From assembly GCA_012295275.1 (NCBI GenBank), contig CM022679.1, positions 13,392,001 to 13,456,000 of the forward strand: 64,000 nt of DNA, given 5' to 3'. A model generated the notes under the pieces. That model was not told the DNA's origin and made no database searches. It saw only the letters and a list, made by a program, of their open reading frames with translations. The translations under genes and the position numbers were made by a program. Positions 1 to 14,604 of this stretch are shown here, in pieces. Position 1 is the stretch's first letter. Each line of letters opens with the position of its first letter. The DNA comes from Chrysomallon squamiferum (taxonomy: Eukaryota > Animalia > Mollusca).

Positions 1-164
1 AAAAAAAAAAAATAATAATAATAATAATAATATTAAAGGTACATACAAACACAGACATAAAAAAATTATAATAATAAACATAAATATTCCAAATAAAATA
101 TTAAAAACTGGGTATTAAAATAAACAAAAAATGAAAAGGAACTGTAATAATACAAATGAAAAAC

Positions 165-1215
165 CTTGATATCCAAGAATTTTTCCGGGCAGTACTTTGT
201 AACAGGAAGTTCAAACAAGGCACTTGGACTGCAGGAATTCCTGAAACAGAAAATAAATAAATAAATAAATAAATAAATGAAATATATATTTAACTATATT
301 ATTTTTCAGTAATTTTAATAAGTACTTAAATAATTTCAGTTACTGAGTAATAATTATAACCTTAGAATGATTATGCACCTAAAATACATTTTTATCAAGC
401 ATTCTGTTGGCCTTTTTGTTATTACCATTACATATTTTTTTAATAATAATTAAAAAAATTAAATAAATAAATAAAGAAAATTTAAATATTTTGTCAAAAG
501 TAAAGAAAATGGAAGAAAAAAATGAGGAGAGACTTGCCATTTGCTATAGTGTCCAGAAAAATTCAATTCTAGCAAATGACCTGACACTGATGTCATTGTC
601 ATGGTGACATTCTGGTTGAGGAGATGATAATCAAACTCATACAACTTGTTGAATCGAGATTTTCCCTCTCTCTGAAAATATTTTTTGAAAAATGGTATTT
701 ATATTTTGCTCAAATGGAAATTTTTAAGCCGTTTTATTCGTCAAATATTATCAAAAAAAATAAATAAAATGAAACATTCCAACACCGCCAACAGGCAATA
801 AATATAAAATTAAATTAAAATTTAACCAGTATATACCAGCTATAATTATAATTTTATAAATAAAATAAATTAAACTGAACGACCGAAGATAATTTAAATT
901 TTAATTTTCACAAACTTTGAATGATTTAGTCGTATCATTCCTACAATCATCAGTGTCAAATTGTTGGTTTTGTTGTTGTTGTTGTTGTTTTTTGTGGGTT
1001 TTTTTTTTTAAATAATAATAATAATATTCCAATATGATTTTAAATAAATGTGAATTTTCAATATATAAATAATCTTAAGCCATGTCAGTTACCTTTCTGT
1101 ATTTTCCTTGTGACATGACATCAGCAAGTGATTTTGCTGCATCATTTTTCTCAGCAACATTTAAAACGCGAACCATTTTAAATGAACAGCAATACCGCAC
1201 AATAATGCGAAACAT
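165..1215 (-). CDS. TOP3A: DNA topoisomerase III alpha, first three coding exons (1093-1215, 538-671, 165-240); gene continues beyond the window start
   Basis: Spliced translation (MFRIIVRYCCSFK)MVRVLNVAEKNDAAKSLADVMSQGKYRK|REGKSRFNKLYEFDYHLLNQNVTMTMTSVSGHLLELNFSGHYSKW|NSCSPSALFELPVTKYCPEKFLDIK has the TOPRIM motifs VAEKNDAAK and TSVSGHL typical of TOP3A. Intron phases are consistent; intron 2 is GC-AG. Confidence 0.95.
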
Positions 1216-1320
1216 ACTTCTAATACCAATACGTTTTTTGTGTCAAACATGTTGTATAATTAAGCATAGCTTAAAAATATAATCTATTTAAACTTAGGAT
1301 TACATTTTCTCTTTTATCTT

Positions 1321-1360
1321 GCCGCCATTTTAAAGTTCAAGGCCATTTAAACACTTCCGG
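1321..1360. promoter_or_regulatory. Candidate TOP3A/UQCC4 bidirectional promoter elements (YY1-like and ETS/GABP-like sites)
   Basis: GCCGCCATTTT at 1321-1331 and ACTTCCGG at 1353-1360 lie between two divergent starts (1215 on -, 1961 on +). Motif match only. Confidence 0.45.
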
Positions 1361-1960
1361 GCTAATATTAACATGCAACCTGTAATAAAATACTACAACA
1401 CTTTATTTAATAATTTCTTTTAAAAATGTGAAATAGTAAAACTAAATGATAATATCTTGATTTTAGATAAACTTATCAAAATCACATTGTTATTCGTTAA
1501 CATTTGAAAACCAGATCCTTAATAAACCCATTAACACTTTTAATACATTTAAAGTCATTCGTTTCAATCGACGAAAAAAAGTAATAACAGCTTTTTTTGT
1601 TTTGTTTGTTTAATATTTATCTGTGAATATTGAAACATTAATGTAAATAGTTACAAATCCTTACAAATAAATAATATTAACAATTCATGCCGTTTATAAC
1701 GAAATTATGTTGTATTTTCATAGAATTGTACCAATCTTTTTGTAAAGTCGAATCACAGGTATCGCCTTTTAATGTTACACCGGTTTTGCTCGGCGGAACA
1801 TCCGTCTGCGAGTCACGTCGTATTGGTTATTATTTGTCTTTAACAATGTCATATAAGTCATTTATTTAAAACCACAACAGTGGAGACTAACATGTTACAG
1901 TGTTCACCTGTCTGAAGCACAAATAATAAGTGCAAGTTAATATTTTAATTTAGAGAAAAA

Positions 1961-3497
1961 ATGACGTCCTTTGCTTTAAGACATGGGTATGGCAGGATTT
2001 TGAAAATGCGTCCTTTGGGAATTTTAAGGTGATCTACAGGATTATAGTCATATTATTTGTATTTTTTTGTTTGTTTTAAATTATTTATTTTTCAGAAGAA
2101 AACATTTTTAAGTTGAAATAGTATTCATTTTTTAAAATTATGTAAGGTAAATAAATCTCTTTAATATTTTAATTTGGAACATTCAGGATGATCATGATAG
2201 TGTTCAGTTATCAGACATTTTCGTGATGTTGATATATTATACAGTACCTATATTAACAAGTTTTGATTAATATATATTGATATTAATTTTAGTTTAGGCA
2301 GAGATGTCAAGAACAAGGTAGTAATAATTTTGTTTGATGGTATACCTTTTGAATTAGGCAAATACATAATTATGTATTTACACATAAGTAGTTCTTGGAC
2401 AGATGTCCGAATTAGATTGTGATTGCATTTTGGTAGTAGTAGGTCCCTTTGTGTGATTGACATGTATGGTTACATAACTGACATCAGCCTATATGATTGA
2501 ATGCTTTTGAATTTAAAACTAAAAATATCCAATCTTTACAAGTATATATTTATAAATTTAATTTGCTGTTATTGTTGTTTGGTTTGGTTCATTGCAAGAT
2601 TCAGTTTAGCTGTTTTATATTTATCATGTTACTTGATAACTTAATATTTCATTATTTAATATGAAGTATCAGTGTTCTAGGGTTAAATAAAAATGATTTA
2701 AACCTGCAAATGTTGTTTAAATATAATTTCATAATTAACTACTGTAATACAAGAGGTAAACAGCAGTAAGCAGGTAATGAAATAAAACAGAAATAAGTTT
2801 TGTTAGTCTGTTTCCAGATATAACTATTTTTTGTAACAGAGCATAAAGCACCCCATTGCTTATGTTAAGGAAACAACATACTTTAATGTTTTAATATTTC
2901 CTGCATCATACATGCATGTTATTAAGTAGTTTCTATGTTCTCTAAGACAGATGTTGATTTATTATTTATTTAACATTAAGTTAAAATTCTATAGTCTCAG
3001 AAAAAGCCTGGTTACTTAAAACCAGCCTCCTAATAAAATAACATATTGGTAGTGTCATATTAGTTTTAAAAAACACATTACTGCCCCCTTTACCCAAATT
3101 TTTAATTCACAATTATTTTCTATGCAGATTGGCAAGTCGACAGTTAAAGACTTCATCTGTCTTATCAAAAAACAGCATAGAGGAGGAAGAAGAGGCAGTA
3201 CCTTTTCGAAATACTAGAGCAGCAACATGGAAGAACTCTGACAATTTGCCCCCTGCCACCGATGTTCCAGCATACCAGCCTCTTATCATTGGTCTAAGTG
3301 TCCTTGTGTTTCTCGTTTATTTTCTTGTACTGAGAGAGGAGAATGATATAGATTCTGAACTAGGGGAATCATTATATGAAAGAATTCCAGGTCTGGAGGA
3401 AACTCAGTTAAATATTGCTATTCGGTTTAATAAAAATTTGGGTAGAGATGTAACTTCTTTGGAAAAAAGACTAGCAGAGGTTGTTGCTGAAAAATGA
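1961..3497 (+). CDS. UQCC4: CCSMST1/UQCC4-family small mitochondrial membrane protein (complex III assembly factor); exons 1961-2028 and 3128-3497
   Basis: Exon 1 MTSFALRHGYGRILKMRPLGIL (basic, presequence-like) splices in phase 2 (AG|gtgatc...cag|A) into the 3129 ORF. That ORF has VPFRNTRAATWK...YQPLIIGLSVLVFLVYFLVLREENDID, the TM helix plus LREENDID signature of CCSMST1. Confidence 0.8.
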
Positions 3498-4192
3498 ACA
3501 GGATGCTCTTTTCTCAAGTTGTATGCATACTTTGAGAATACTGTAGCCTGTATTTCTGTTGAAATTTTTTTTGGCAAAATAAAACCAGTATTTAGTAAAA
3601 GGTTATTTTGTTTTGTTTAAAATGAATATTGGTTTCCCATTTGGTAAAGGTGATGAATTTTTTTTTTTTTATCAAATCTTAATTTTTTGCTCATCAGATG
3701 CATGCATTTCTTTACAAATGAAATTGTTCACTATTTTTTTCCAGGTAGTCTTTTGTACATATTGCAGTTGGCTTCAATTACAAGCAGAATTCTTGTATTC
3801 AGCCAGATTCTCTGGTTTATGTACATGTGTTTATTTTTTTGTTATACACAGTAACAAGATTTAGATGGACAAGAAGCTTATTTTAAAAATTTATAAAGTT
3901 TATTCAGTTTCATCACAATTTACTTGATGATACACTCCAATACAAATGCCTAAAATTACAATTTGTAAAAGAATAAAATCAAACTTCTTTCAAATGCATA
4001 GTGGTTGGAAAAATGTGTATCATATGCCCTAAGTGATGTTTAATTTTTACAAGTTTGAAGGAATATCTAAATAAAAAAAAATAAACGACAACAATCAGCA
4101 CAGACGAAACTTTACTTTTCCATAATAAAAACTACTTCAATTACAACCGATGGTAACCTCCTCACGTGTATCTCCATACCATTATACAGCAA

Positions 4193-4359
4193 AGTTGAAA
4201 AAGTTCATATATGGTTTAAAGAATATAACTTTTGACAAATGAACTGAAAAATATCAGTATGAACTTTCCACATTGTTAATGAATAGGTGGTTAAGAACTT
4301 CATCAGTTCTTATTATGCATTTGTGAAGTTCACAAAACCATATATGAAGTTTTTCAACT
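4193..4359. repeat. 25-bp inverted repeat (one mismatch) with 117-nt spacer between the convergent 3' ends of UQCC4 and H3.3
   Basis: agttgaaaaagttcatatatggttt (4193-4217) versus aaaccatatatgaagtttttcaact (4335-4359). Confidence 0.7.
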
Positions 4360-4804
4360 GTAGTCGTTCAAACATTTATTAAAATAAAAAGGGTAAATTA
4401 TCACAAACACATAAAATAAAGTCTACACATATTATGATCTAGCAATACACTGAACAATGAGTATGACAATATTGCTAGTCTATGATACCAAATAGAAATG
4501 ATAAAAGATGGACCCAAAAGAAAGCAATGAATAAGTTATTTCAGAACTATGTAGGTGACTGTTAAGAACATGCCTCAAAAACAAAAAAATTCACATGGCT
4601 GGTCAGCTGTAAAAATGTATTTGATGTTATCTGTCAGGTTTCAGAAGACAAGCAGTTAACACACTGTATCCAAATATTTATGTGTGTAAAACATGACATA
4701 TAAAAGTTCACTCCCATCTATATTATGAATTTGTAAGTGTTTCCAAAATATGAATTGATCTGATGAACCAAACAAGATGAGTGAACAAGTCAATTGAGTC
4801 AATT

Positions 4805-5422
<618 letters not shown>

Positions 5423-6498
5423 TCAACTTATGTCCTGTATTATTTAAAAAAAAAAAATTTTAGTTTCTATCTTGGCATATGATGTGAACAATTTATGTAA
5501 CAATCATCTGGTTTTACTTTAGCAAGTTGTAAATAAACTTGAAACAGATGAAACCATAAAATGCTAGTTGGATATCTTCCCAATACTAAATATGTATAAA
5601 TACAGGGGTACATGGAATACCATAGCATATATATTAAACAAAAATATTTATCTAGCAACATAGATGAAATTATTTAGTTTAGCTTATGTACTTTCTTCCC
5701 TCAAGCTGGTTTCAGGTATCGTAGGTTTAAGTAATACCATTCTTTATTCAGAACAAGAGATTTGGCAACAGCTATTGCACAATACAGTCAACAGAATTTA
5801 CTCCTAAGATCCAAAAACAGTAACCTAAATCGTAACTTTAAATGACGGATTTTCTTGCATTTAGTAATGTAAACTCTAGGATACTTGTATAGTTACTAAT
5901 ATAGCCAATCCGTGAAGTTAATTCTAACAACTGCCTAATTTTCTTTACAATCTGGAAAATTGTAATTCACATTAACAACATTACACGAAACTAGAAATTA
6001 CTTTTTTAATTTATTTAAAAGTTACAAAAATACTTCACATTACGTGCAAGATTTAAGTGTGACGTAACCAGAGTTCGACTGTCAATACAAAGCGTGAACA
6101 CGTGACCTAGATACGTCGTGGCCTACTCCAATAATTTTAATAACAATCAGTGAAACACCGTCATATATTGCTTACAATTTCTGTTTACATACACCGATAC
6201 GTGTAAAATCATTATTGGAAATATAACTACGCAGACGTTTACAAACTTATGTTAACTTATTTCAACTTGAAAAGATTTATATTTCTGTTATATAGATTTA
6301 TACATCGACACTTAAAAATGTTCCGGTAACAATGGCGCCTTTCTCAAGTCTTCCGTCACCCATACATACACCGACTCATATTCAAAAATATATCGATCCG
6401 TGTGAAATAACATATAATTCTAATGTTACTTTATAGTTTTATATCGTTGATTTAGAACATTTAACTCAGTATTAGGGTTTGGAATTAGGTTAACTCAC

Positions 6499-6705
6499 CT
6501 TCTTGAGGTAGACAATTTTACAATTTACCGCAAAAATCGCAACGAACTATGGTATATTTAGCTCGGTGGTTTAGTTTTGTTTCATTGGTTTTGTTTTTGA
6601 CAAAGTGATCTGAGCTGATTGGTTACAATCTCTGTGATTGTATTGGTCCATTTCTATAAAGTACATGAAGTGATTGGACAAATATTCTCTGTTTTCATTG
6701 GTCAA
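6499..6705 (-). promoter_or_regulatory. H3.3 non-coding first exon and promoter (TATA-like plus about five CCAAT boxes)
   Basis: Donor AG|gtgagtta at ~6498. TAAATATA on - at ~6553-6560. ATTGG (CCAAT on -) near 6584, 6618, 6642, 6673 and 6697. Confidence 0.6.
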
Positions 6706-7805
6706 TTCTCAATTCCTTTAGCAAAGTGCTTCTTTACTGTATTCCCTGGCCTCTACTATGCTGGGAGAGAGATTGCAAAAATAGATTTCCAATTTCGGAT
6801 TCGCTCGATAAATTCCGTAGACAATCCCGTAGTAATGAAAAGTTCCCAAGGGCAGATAACTAAAATATGATGAAATAAGAATTAAAAATAACTGTTTACT
6901 AATAAGCTTATTGCGCAATATAACATTCACAGAGGTAATGTAGTATATATAGAACTTGTCTCATTAATAAACAACTTTCTGTTGTTCAGGCTTTAAAAAG
7001 AATATCATAAAAACATTAAAAATGTACGTCATGTTTTGAACATTGAAATTGAAAGTTTAAAAATAATAAATAAATAAATAAATAAATAAATAAATGTAAA
7101 GATGTAAATAAAAGTGGCCTATACAGTAATCTGAATAAGGGAAACTCAGTGAAAGTGTGGCAGAGAATATGAGGAATTCGATTTTATGACAATAAAACCG
7201 CTAACGATATATTAAATGTAATGACTGTAGCAGTTCCGATTGGGGAAAGTTAACGAACTAAAGCAGCGTTATTGTTTTAAATACGATTGTAAAATATTAA
7301 AAAAAAAAGAATTATATGGCAGTGGAAATGTCCCCATCTTGTGACAAAAAATCCGTGTTACGAGCGAGCTTCAGATACGCAGCCGCTAGTTGGCGCAACG
7401 AACAACACAACATCCGCCCAGTATCCCGCGTTTCAGTCGTTCGCTTCACGTGGTTATCTCGCCGTGGAAGCATCTCTTTTGTGTTGTGTTAGCGTTTTGT
7501 ACACATATGTGGAAACACAAACATATACATATGTAGAGACAGACATACTTTCTGACTAATCCTGCTTTGGATAAAAATAAATAAATGAAACCTATTTATT
7601 TATTTATTATTTTTAATTATTATTTATTTATATATTTGTGACAAGAAACAAGTTCACAAAATGATGCTTCACAACTATAACAGCCAATAAAAGTTAAGAA
7701 CATTCTAAATTTTTTTCATTTAAGATAAGCTCCGACAAGCTCGCGTGTCCATCGTTTATTTTAAGAACATAATAATTCCATCCTCAAAATCACAATACGA
7801 TATGA

Positions 7806-7851
<46 letters not shown>

Positions 7852-7930
7852 GTAGTAGTTACATATGAGATGTATACATTTTTCTGTTTACCGTAACGTC
7901 ATTTTGTAGACCTACAGGAAATGGAGAATT

Positions 7931-7932
<2 letters not shown>

Positions 7933-8018
<86 letters not shown>
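7933..8018. repeat. (GA)n microsatellite, representative of many (GA)n, (TA)n, (TG)n, (AAT)n and (ATAC)n tracts in the window
   Basis: Seen directly. The paralogous tract at ~21839-21882 is shorter. Confidence 0.95.
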
Positions 8019-8021
<3 letters not shown>

Positions 8022-8728
8022 TATTTTTTAGATGTTCACAGGTGGTAAAGAAAATAACCATATCGGTGATAACTTACTTTTCACTGATTCTTATTGACTG
8101 TAAGAGAAATTAATTTTAAAAATCCTTTTCATTTTAATTATTTACTTTTCTTCACATTATTGTTTATTAGTAGTAGTAGTATTACTGCTGCGACTACTAC
8201 TATATACTTTATTATTGTATTTCAGAATTATTTTATTATTGTTATTGTAGCTTTGCTTTTGTTGTTGTCATTGTTGTTGATGTTATCATTGCATCTGCAT
8301 TAATTACATAAAGAATCTCAATTTTTATTTTATTTTTTTATTTTTTTTTATTTTTTTTATTGCTGGTAGTGCGTACGTGTTACAAAATTTTGACGTAAAC
8401 ATGACCAGTAAATTAATTTCTTGTACATAAACATAAAGTACGCAAAACAAATTTACTACATTTGTGAATGTCTCAGAATTACTTATTCTTTGTTTTCTAA
8501 ATAACAAGTTTCGACCTGCCGTTTATTTACGTCCGATTTCCTCAGTATCTGACGGACCGTAACTGACCGTTCATTATAAGTTCATTGTTATTCTTCTGAT
8601 CCTTTGTACAGTTATATAGATCTCATGTTAACGTATACCTTTACTCAAGGTCCGGACAGGTCCGGTTATGCATGATTAAGTCTATATAGCTGGATATCGT
8701 CCATTTTTGTACACAGTAAATGAACAAA

Positions 8729-8916
8729 ATGAAGGGAGGTAGTTTGTTTTTCGTTTTTCTCCTCATCTTTTCGATGGACAGTGTTAAAGGAGTGGGTAAG
8801 TACACTAATCTGACATCTAGACGTTTTAATATTAGCATAATTACACAAGCGTACAGTAATAGCGTTTTTTTTAATCTGTGTGCTCTATCAACATGTATTA
8901 TTTGTAATAAAATATG

Positions 8917-8980
<64 letters not shown>

Positions 8981-9379
8981 ATAGATTTAAAACAAATATT
9001 TTACTCATCCATTACCTTATTAATATCTACAACACAAATAACACAGCAATTATACGGCTGTGATATTATAATTTAAAAATATTCCAAAACTACTATTCGC
9101 TACATTACAAATTAGTTAATAAAAATTAGTAACACTTATCTGTCTGCACTCTGATTGTTTTACAATGAAATATGACATTAAAAAAACAACAACAATGATT
9201 TAAAAACTGAACAAATTTTTTAACAGGAACTAAATAAAAAAAATATATATATGAAAAGCTTAATAATAAAAATGTATATTTAATAATAGTAATAATAGAT
9301 ACATACTTACAACATACATACACATATATACATACGTACTTTGTAACCCATATAAATACATATATTCATACATATATGC

Positions 9380-9411
<32 letters not shown>

Positions 9412-9412
9412 G

Positions 9413-9444
<32 letters not shown>

Positions 9445-12400
9445 AACACACACATGTAGTATGCGTAGACAGACAGACAAACAAACAAACAAACAGACAG
9501 ACAGACAGATAGATAGATAGATAGACAGACAGACACAAATAACATGCATACACGTATACATATACATATAAATATACACTAATAAAGACAAAAACATGCA
9601 TACACACGTACAGACATACGCACATATAAAAATGTACATTCATACACAGACACCGCTTTTCATTTTCGTATATAAATTTCAGACAACTTAGAAACTATTA
9701 TTAAAATAACAGTAAGTTATGCTGTATTATTTATTTATTTATTCACTGATTCATTGATTTATTCATTTATTCATTTATTCATTATTAATATTTGTTTATT
9801 ATTATAAATGTTTTTTTTTTTTTTTTTTTGTGCAGATGTCCTATTTCCTTCAGGAGTCACCTTGTCATCGGTAGATTCAGAAATCATCCAGGATAACGAT
9901 CCCCGATACGCTGACCCTCTGAATACAGGTTGGGATTATATCATATTTGTTGTAGACACGGAAACCATCATGGTTCTGTCCTAACCACATCGTATGTTAC
10001 CAGTCATCAGAAGCATCATGGGAAGAATTCTGTATCTTAGTCGGTGATATTTTTGGCTATCATACTTTATGTGTGGCACACATTATGTATCTATTTCTAT
10101 AACTAAGAAAGGATTTTATTTAATTTCAGATCGACAATAAAATGTTTACATTAATTTGCTTTCAATATATAAGCTTAATTTGCTTATATATGTGCAATTC
10201 ATATATATATATATATATATAATTTGCTTATATATATATATTTAAAGAGAGAGAAAGAAGACAATGCAAATTCTTACTTCGTTGCTAATATCGCGTTCCA
10301 ATCAATTTAATAAAATTATATAAATAAAAAAGAGGATTTTATTTTTTTATTTTTTTATTTTTTTTGTTTCCAGGTACTTACATATTTGATTCCAAGGGTA
10401 TCGAAATGGACAGACTGGCTCTAACTGTTCTTGTCAGTCATTTCAAGTCAGAGAACGAACGATACTTCCGAGCTCATCCGGTTCTAATTAAATGTGCTGA
10501 CAAAGTCATGTTGGACCTTGGAAACCAAGGCAAGCAGGTAAATACAACAGGAATGGATGCTTATAAACCACTGCGGTTTTTACAAAACAGGAATTCTACA
10601 GTTTACGCTTACAAAAATCACTGAAACTGATACAAGACTGTAATGGTTATAACAATATAATGAAACACTCTTTATTTCTCCAAAAACCATTTTTTATCAT
10701 TTAGTTACTTATTTTTCAATTACATTTTTTTGTTTTATTTACTGCAGCAGTATTTATCCTTAACTCATTTTATTCACTTACTAATCGAGATTTTTTACTT
10801 GTTTAAAAAAGCCCAAGAAAGCCTCTTTCTTTTTCCCACTTACCAGTCAGGATTTGCGACTTGTCTAGGTAACAAAACACTTCAAAATTTCAGATAAGAA
10901 TTTTCAGCGGTTACATCCCAAGGTCGGAGATAGGTTCCAGCAAAACTGTTCAGGATCTTTATGCTGCGGCTGGATGTGCAGTTCAGTTGATGTTTCGACC
11001 TGAAGTCGTCGGAGATGTACTTTTAATTGCCCAGGCAGCACTTAAACACTGTCCGCTCATTTTTGAGGTAACTGACAATATTTAACACACAGTTAATCAT
11101 TAATTTGGCGATTAATATCCACTTATTTTTTTAATCATCAGACGTTTTGTTACTGTTTGTACTTTAATTGTTATTAACTGCATTGTGAAAAAAGTGTTTA
11201 CGTCATTAACGAATAAATGAGACGTTAAATGTTCAACTGTTTTTACTTTAATTGTCATTAATTGTATTGTGAAAAAAATGTTTACGTCATTAGCGAATAA
11301 ATGAATTTTATTATCACAGCCTGGGGGTTTCCTGGGCCCAAGGACCTATGCAATACATGTGTGATGTGGCTTGCTCTCGATAAATTAATCGTTGTTGTAA
11401 ATATTGGGTGCATTGTTTTGTCCCAGGACCTATATTGATATTAGACGGCCGTAACTGACGTTAGTTCATAATACATACTGAGCTTTAATGTTATTTTATT
11501 TCACAGAGATTTCAGCGCGACCTCGGTCTCGTTCTGATGGTAGATCGTCTGCACATTCATATGACTGAAGCAGGCGGAAATGGAATGTATCTAGGTATTG
11601 ATGGATACTCATGGAATCAAGTAGACACATTCGAAAACTGGTCTTTACAGCAAATTGACATCGGCTTAGGTAAATGTTAGAATTTGATATATATCCTGGA
11701 TTTGATACTTAATAAAGCTGCATGTCCATTTGCAGTGTTTTATATATATGCCATAGTAATGTTGGTAGTCGTAATTATATTATTCATTCATTCATTCATT
11801 TGTTCGTTTTTATTTTATTTGCGTTATTATTATTTTTTAAATTACGGTGGGATTCCTTTCATTCATTTGTTTATGCGTTTATTGCGAAAATATATACTGT
11901 TTTCTAAACTTAGCAATTTTATCTTTAATATTATTTGTATTTAATATCTTTCTTTCTTTCTATTTATTTATTGTTGTTATTATTATTATTATTATTATTT
12001 ATTTATTTATTATTATTATTATTACTATTATTATTTATATATTTATTTATTTATTTTATTATATTTATATACATACATACATATATATATATATTTTTTT
12101 TTTTTCATTAATGACCAAACAGAATATATTTTTTCATTACAGATTCTAATAAAGTGGACACATGTTCTTCGTTCGTGGGACTCGAGGCGGGTAGTGTTTA
12201 CCCACCAGGCAGTGCGTCCTCCCCCGAAGCAGTCGTGGGCAGGGTTGATGAACCCATCACACGAGATAACCCCGAAGATTTTAGTCTGTAAATTAATATT
12301 TTTAAAAAACAACATCAACATCATTTTATCATTCTTTTAAGTTGTTTATTTCTATTAGCTGCACAATGTATTAAGATCAGGATATTTTGTTTAGAAAACT

Positions 12401-12472
12401 ACAGAGACGCTTTTGTAATTATAAATAAGTGTTTGTAACGGAGATAAAAGCAAAAAGTCATAACGGGTAGAA

Positions 12473-12522
<50 letters not shown>

Positions 12523-13841
12523 TTATTGCACTTAAAGAAATAAAATTACTTCTCCTATCCTTTGTGTCGTGTAATTTAAATATATTTACTTAACAACAAT
12601 GCAAATTATGTAGGCATGTTAACTGTAGCTGAAATAATGTATATTGTTTTCAGAACAAATTTATTAATATGTTATTTCTTACAGTATGGTCCAGTATGTT
12701 GGGCGAGATATTGAATTTGAAAATGAAGAACGAACCTCGTCATGGTGTGGACTAGAAGGTAACCCATGTCATGACTGCAGAAGTCAGCCGAACGGAAGTC
12801 AGCCGAACGTAACAGGCGTTTAGATTTTTTATTTTTTATTTATTTATTTATTTTTGGTTGGTTTTTAATTGTATTTATTTATTTATTATTTATTTATTGT
12901 TTGTTTATTTATATATATATATATATATTTTTTTTAAGACGCCATTTTCACTGTTTTTATTTTGTTTGTTTTGTTTTGTTTGTTTTCTTTTTTGTTTTGT
13001 TTTATCAATCTGTATAAACAGATCTATATTGTTTTGTCCTTTTTTGGTTTTGGTTTTTCTGTTAAATACATGCAGGTTATATTCACCACATAACGATGAC
13101 TATTATAATGTTTTCTAAAATCCAGGAATCTATAATAACGTCAAACAAATTCAAATTTACAGGCAATACTTGTAATAAAATGATTTTTTATTTTAGCAGT
13201 ACATACCGAAGTACCATTGATTTTAATTTAAATCTTATAATAAACTGCAGTATGTTAACAGAACACATTAACCAATGCTATTTTGTATTCAGTTTAAAAA
13301 AAAAAAAAAGTTTATGCTTTTCACGTATGTAGCTCATAATATACAAGTTATTATTAGTCAGGGGACCTTCACACTGATGTTTAGAATTTCAATATACGAC
13401 GGAGAATAAAACAAAATAATAATAATATAAAATAAATACATAAATAAATATATAAATAATAATAATAATAACAACAACAACAACAACAACAACAATAATA
13501 ATAATAATAAAAGTATAATATTATAAAACGACATGTAAGTTACTGTTTGAAATGTAATTAGCATGCATTTACCCAGAATATGATTCTTTAGCTAATTTAA
13601 TAACGTGAAATACATTCTTGTGAGTGTAGGGTGTGTGACTAATGGGAGGTTACCGCATGTAGTTCTCTGTGCACCGCCCATTTCGAAATTCACTTGAAGC
13701 TGTTATCCGCTACTGCCAGTTCTCAAAAGGCCTTGATATGTTGTTGTTTTTTAATACCTAAGAGAAAATGCATTTAAAATTTTAATCTGTGTCAAATGCA
13801 TTAATCATGATCCCTGTTCCCTGTATCACAGTTATTTAAAA

Positions 13842-13880
<39 letters not shown>

Positions 13881-14568
13881 AAGAAAAGATAAATAACAAA
13901 CAAACAGACATGCATACAATTTCTAAATTTAATGGGTAACATTATAACATTTTCAGGTATGCTAAGCAATAATCATTCATTAATTTAGGTGCGCTGCAAG
14001 ACTGTTCAGTCCGAGGATGTTTGTATTAATCAGCAAACTTCAAAAGCTTGTCAGACACAACCTCAGTCGTAAGTTATTTGAATATATAATTATAGTGTGT
14101 TAAAAAAGATATAGTAACAGATGTAACACACACACACACACACACACATTAAAAAAGATATAGTAACAGATGTAATATATATACAGACACACACACACAC
14201 ACAAACACACAGACAGATATATCTGTGGGTGTCTTATCTATATCAGAGTGTAAGTCCATGCTTGCTGGCGTCTTTTAAAAGGATATATTAGAACTAAAAC
14301 AGATTCAAGATAATTTCTGTTAATATGAAATTAATCACATTTGGTATTCTTATATGGAATAATTATCTTCATGTTCATCGTCATTATCATCACCATCTTA
14401 AAACAATTATCCTTATAATCCTAAATATATTTTATGAATGATCTCATAATAATTTATTAACTTACCTATTTATTAAAATTAATTATTGTAATAAATGAAA
14501 GAGTTGCTATAAATATCCTTTTTAATCATACTTTATATCGTCAAAAGTATCACGAATAAAAAGGTTTG

Positions 14569-14604
<36 letters not shown>

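Noticed and set aside
9126-9643. ORFs rich in Y/I/C/V/L/S or ER repeats (also 11684-12149, 16317-16649, 23080-23557, 25889-26383, 32964-33473, 36347-36752, 63007-63240)
   Set aside because: They are translations of (TA)n, (TG)n, (GA)n, (AAT)n and (ATAC)n microsatellites in introns or intergenic DNA.
11139-11305. ~74-bp tandem duplication in intron 4 (also ~25175-25345) and local duplication at ~14100-14175
   Set aside because: Ordinary intronic slippage duplications with no coding or structural signal.
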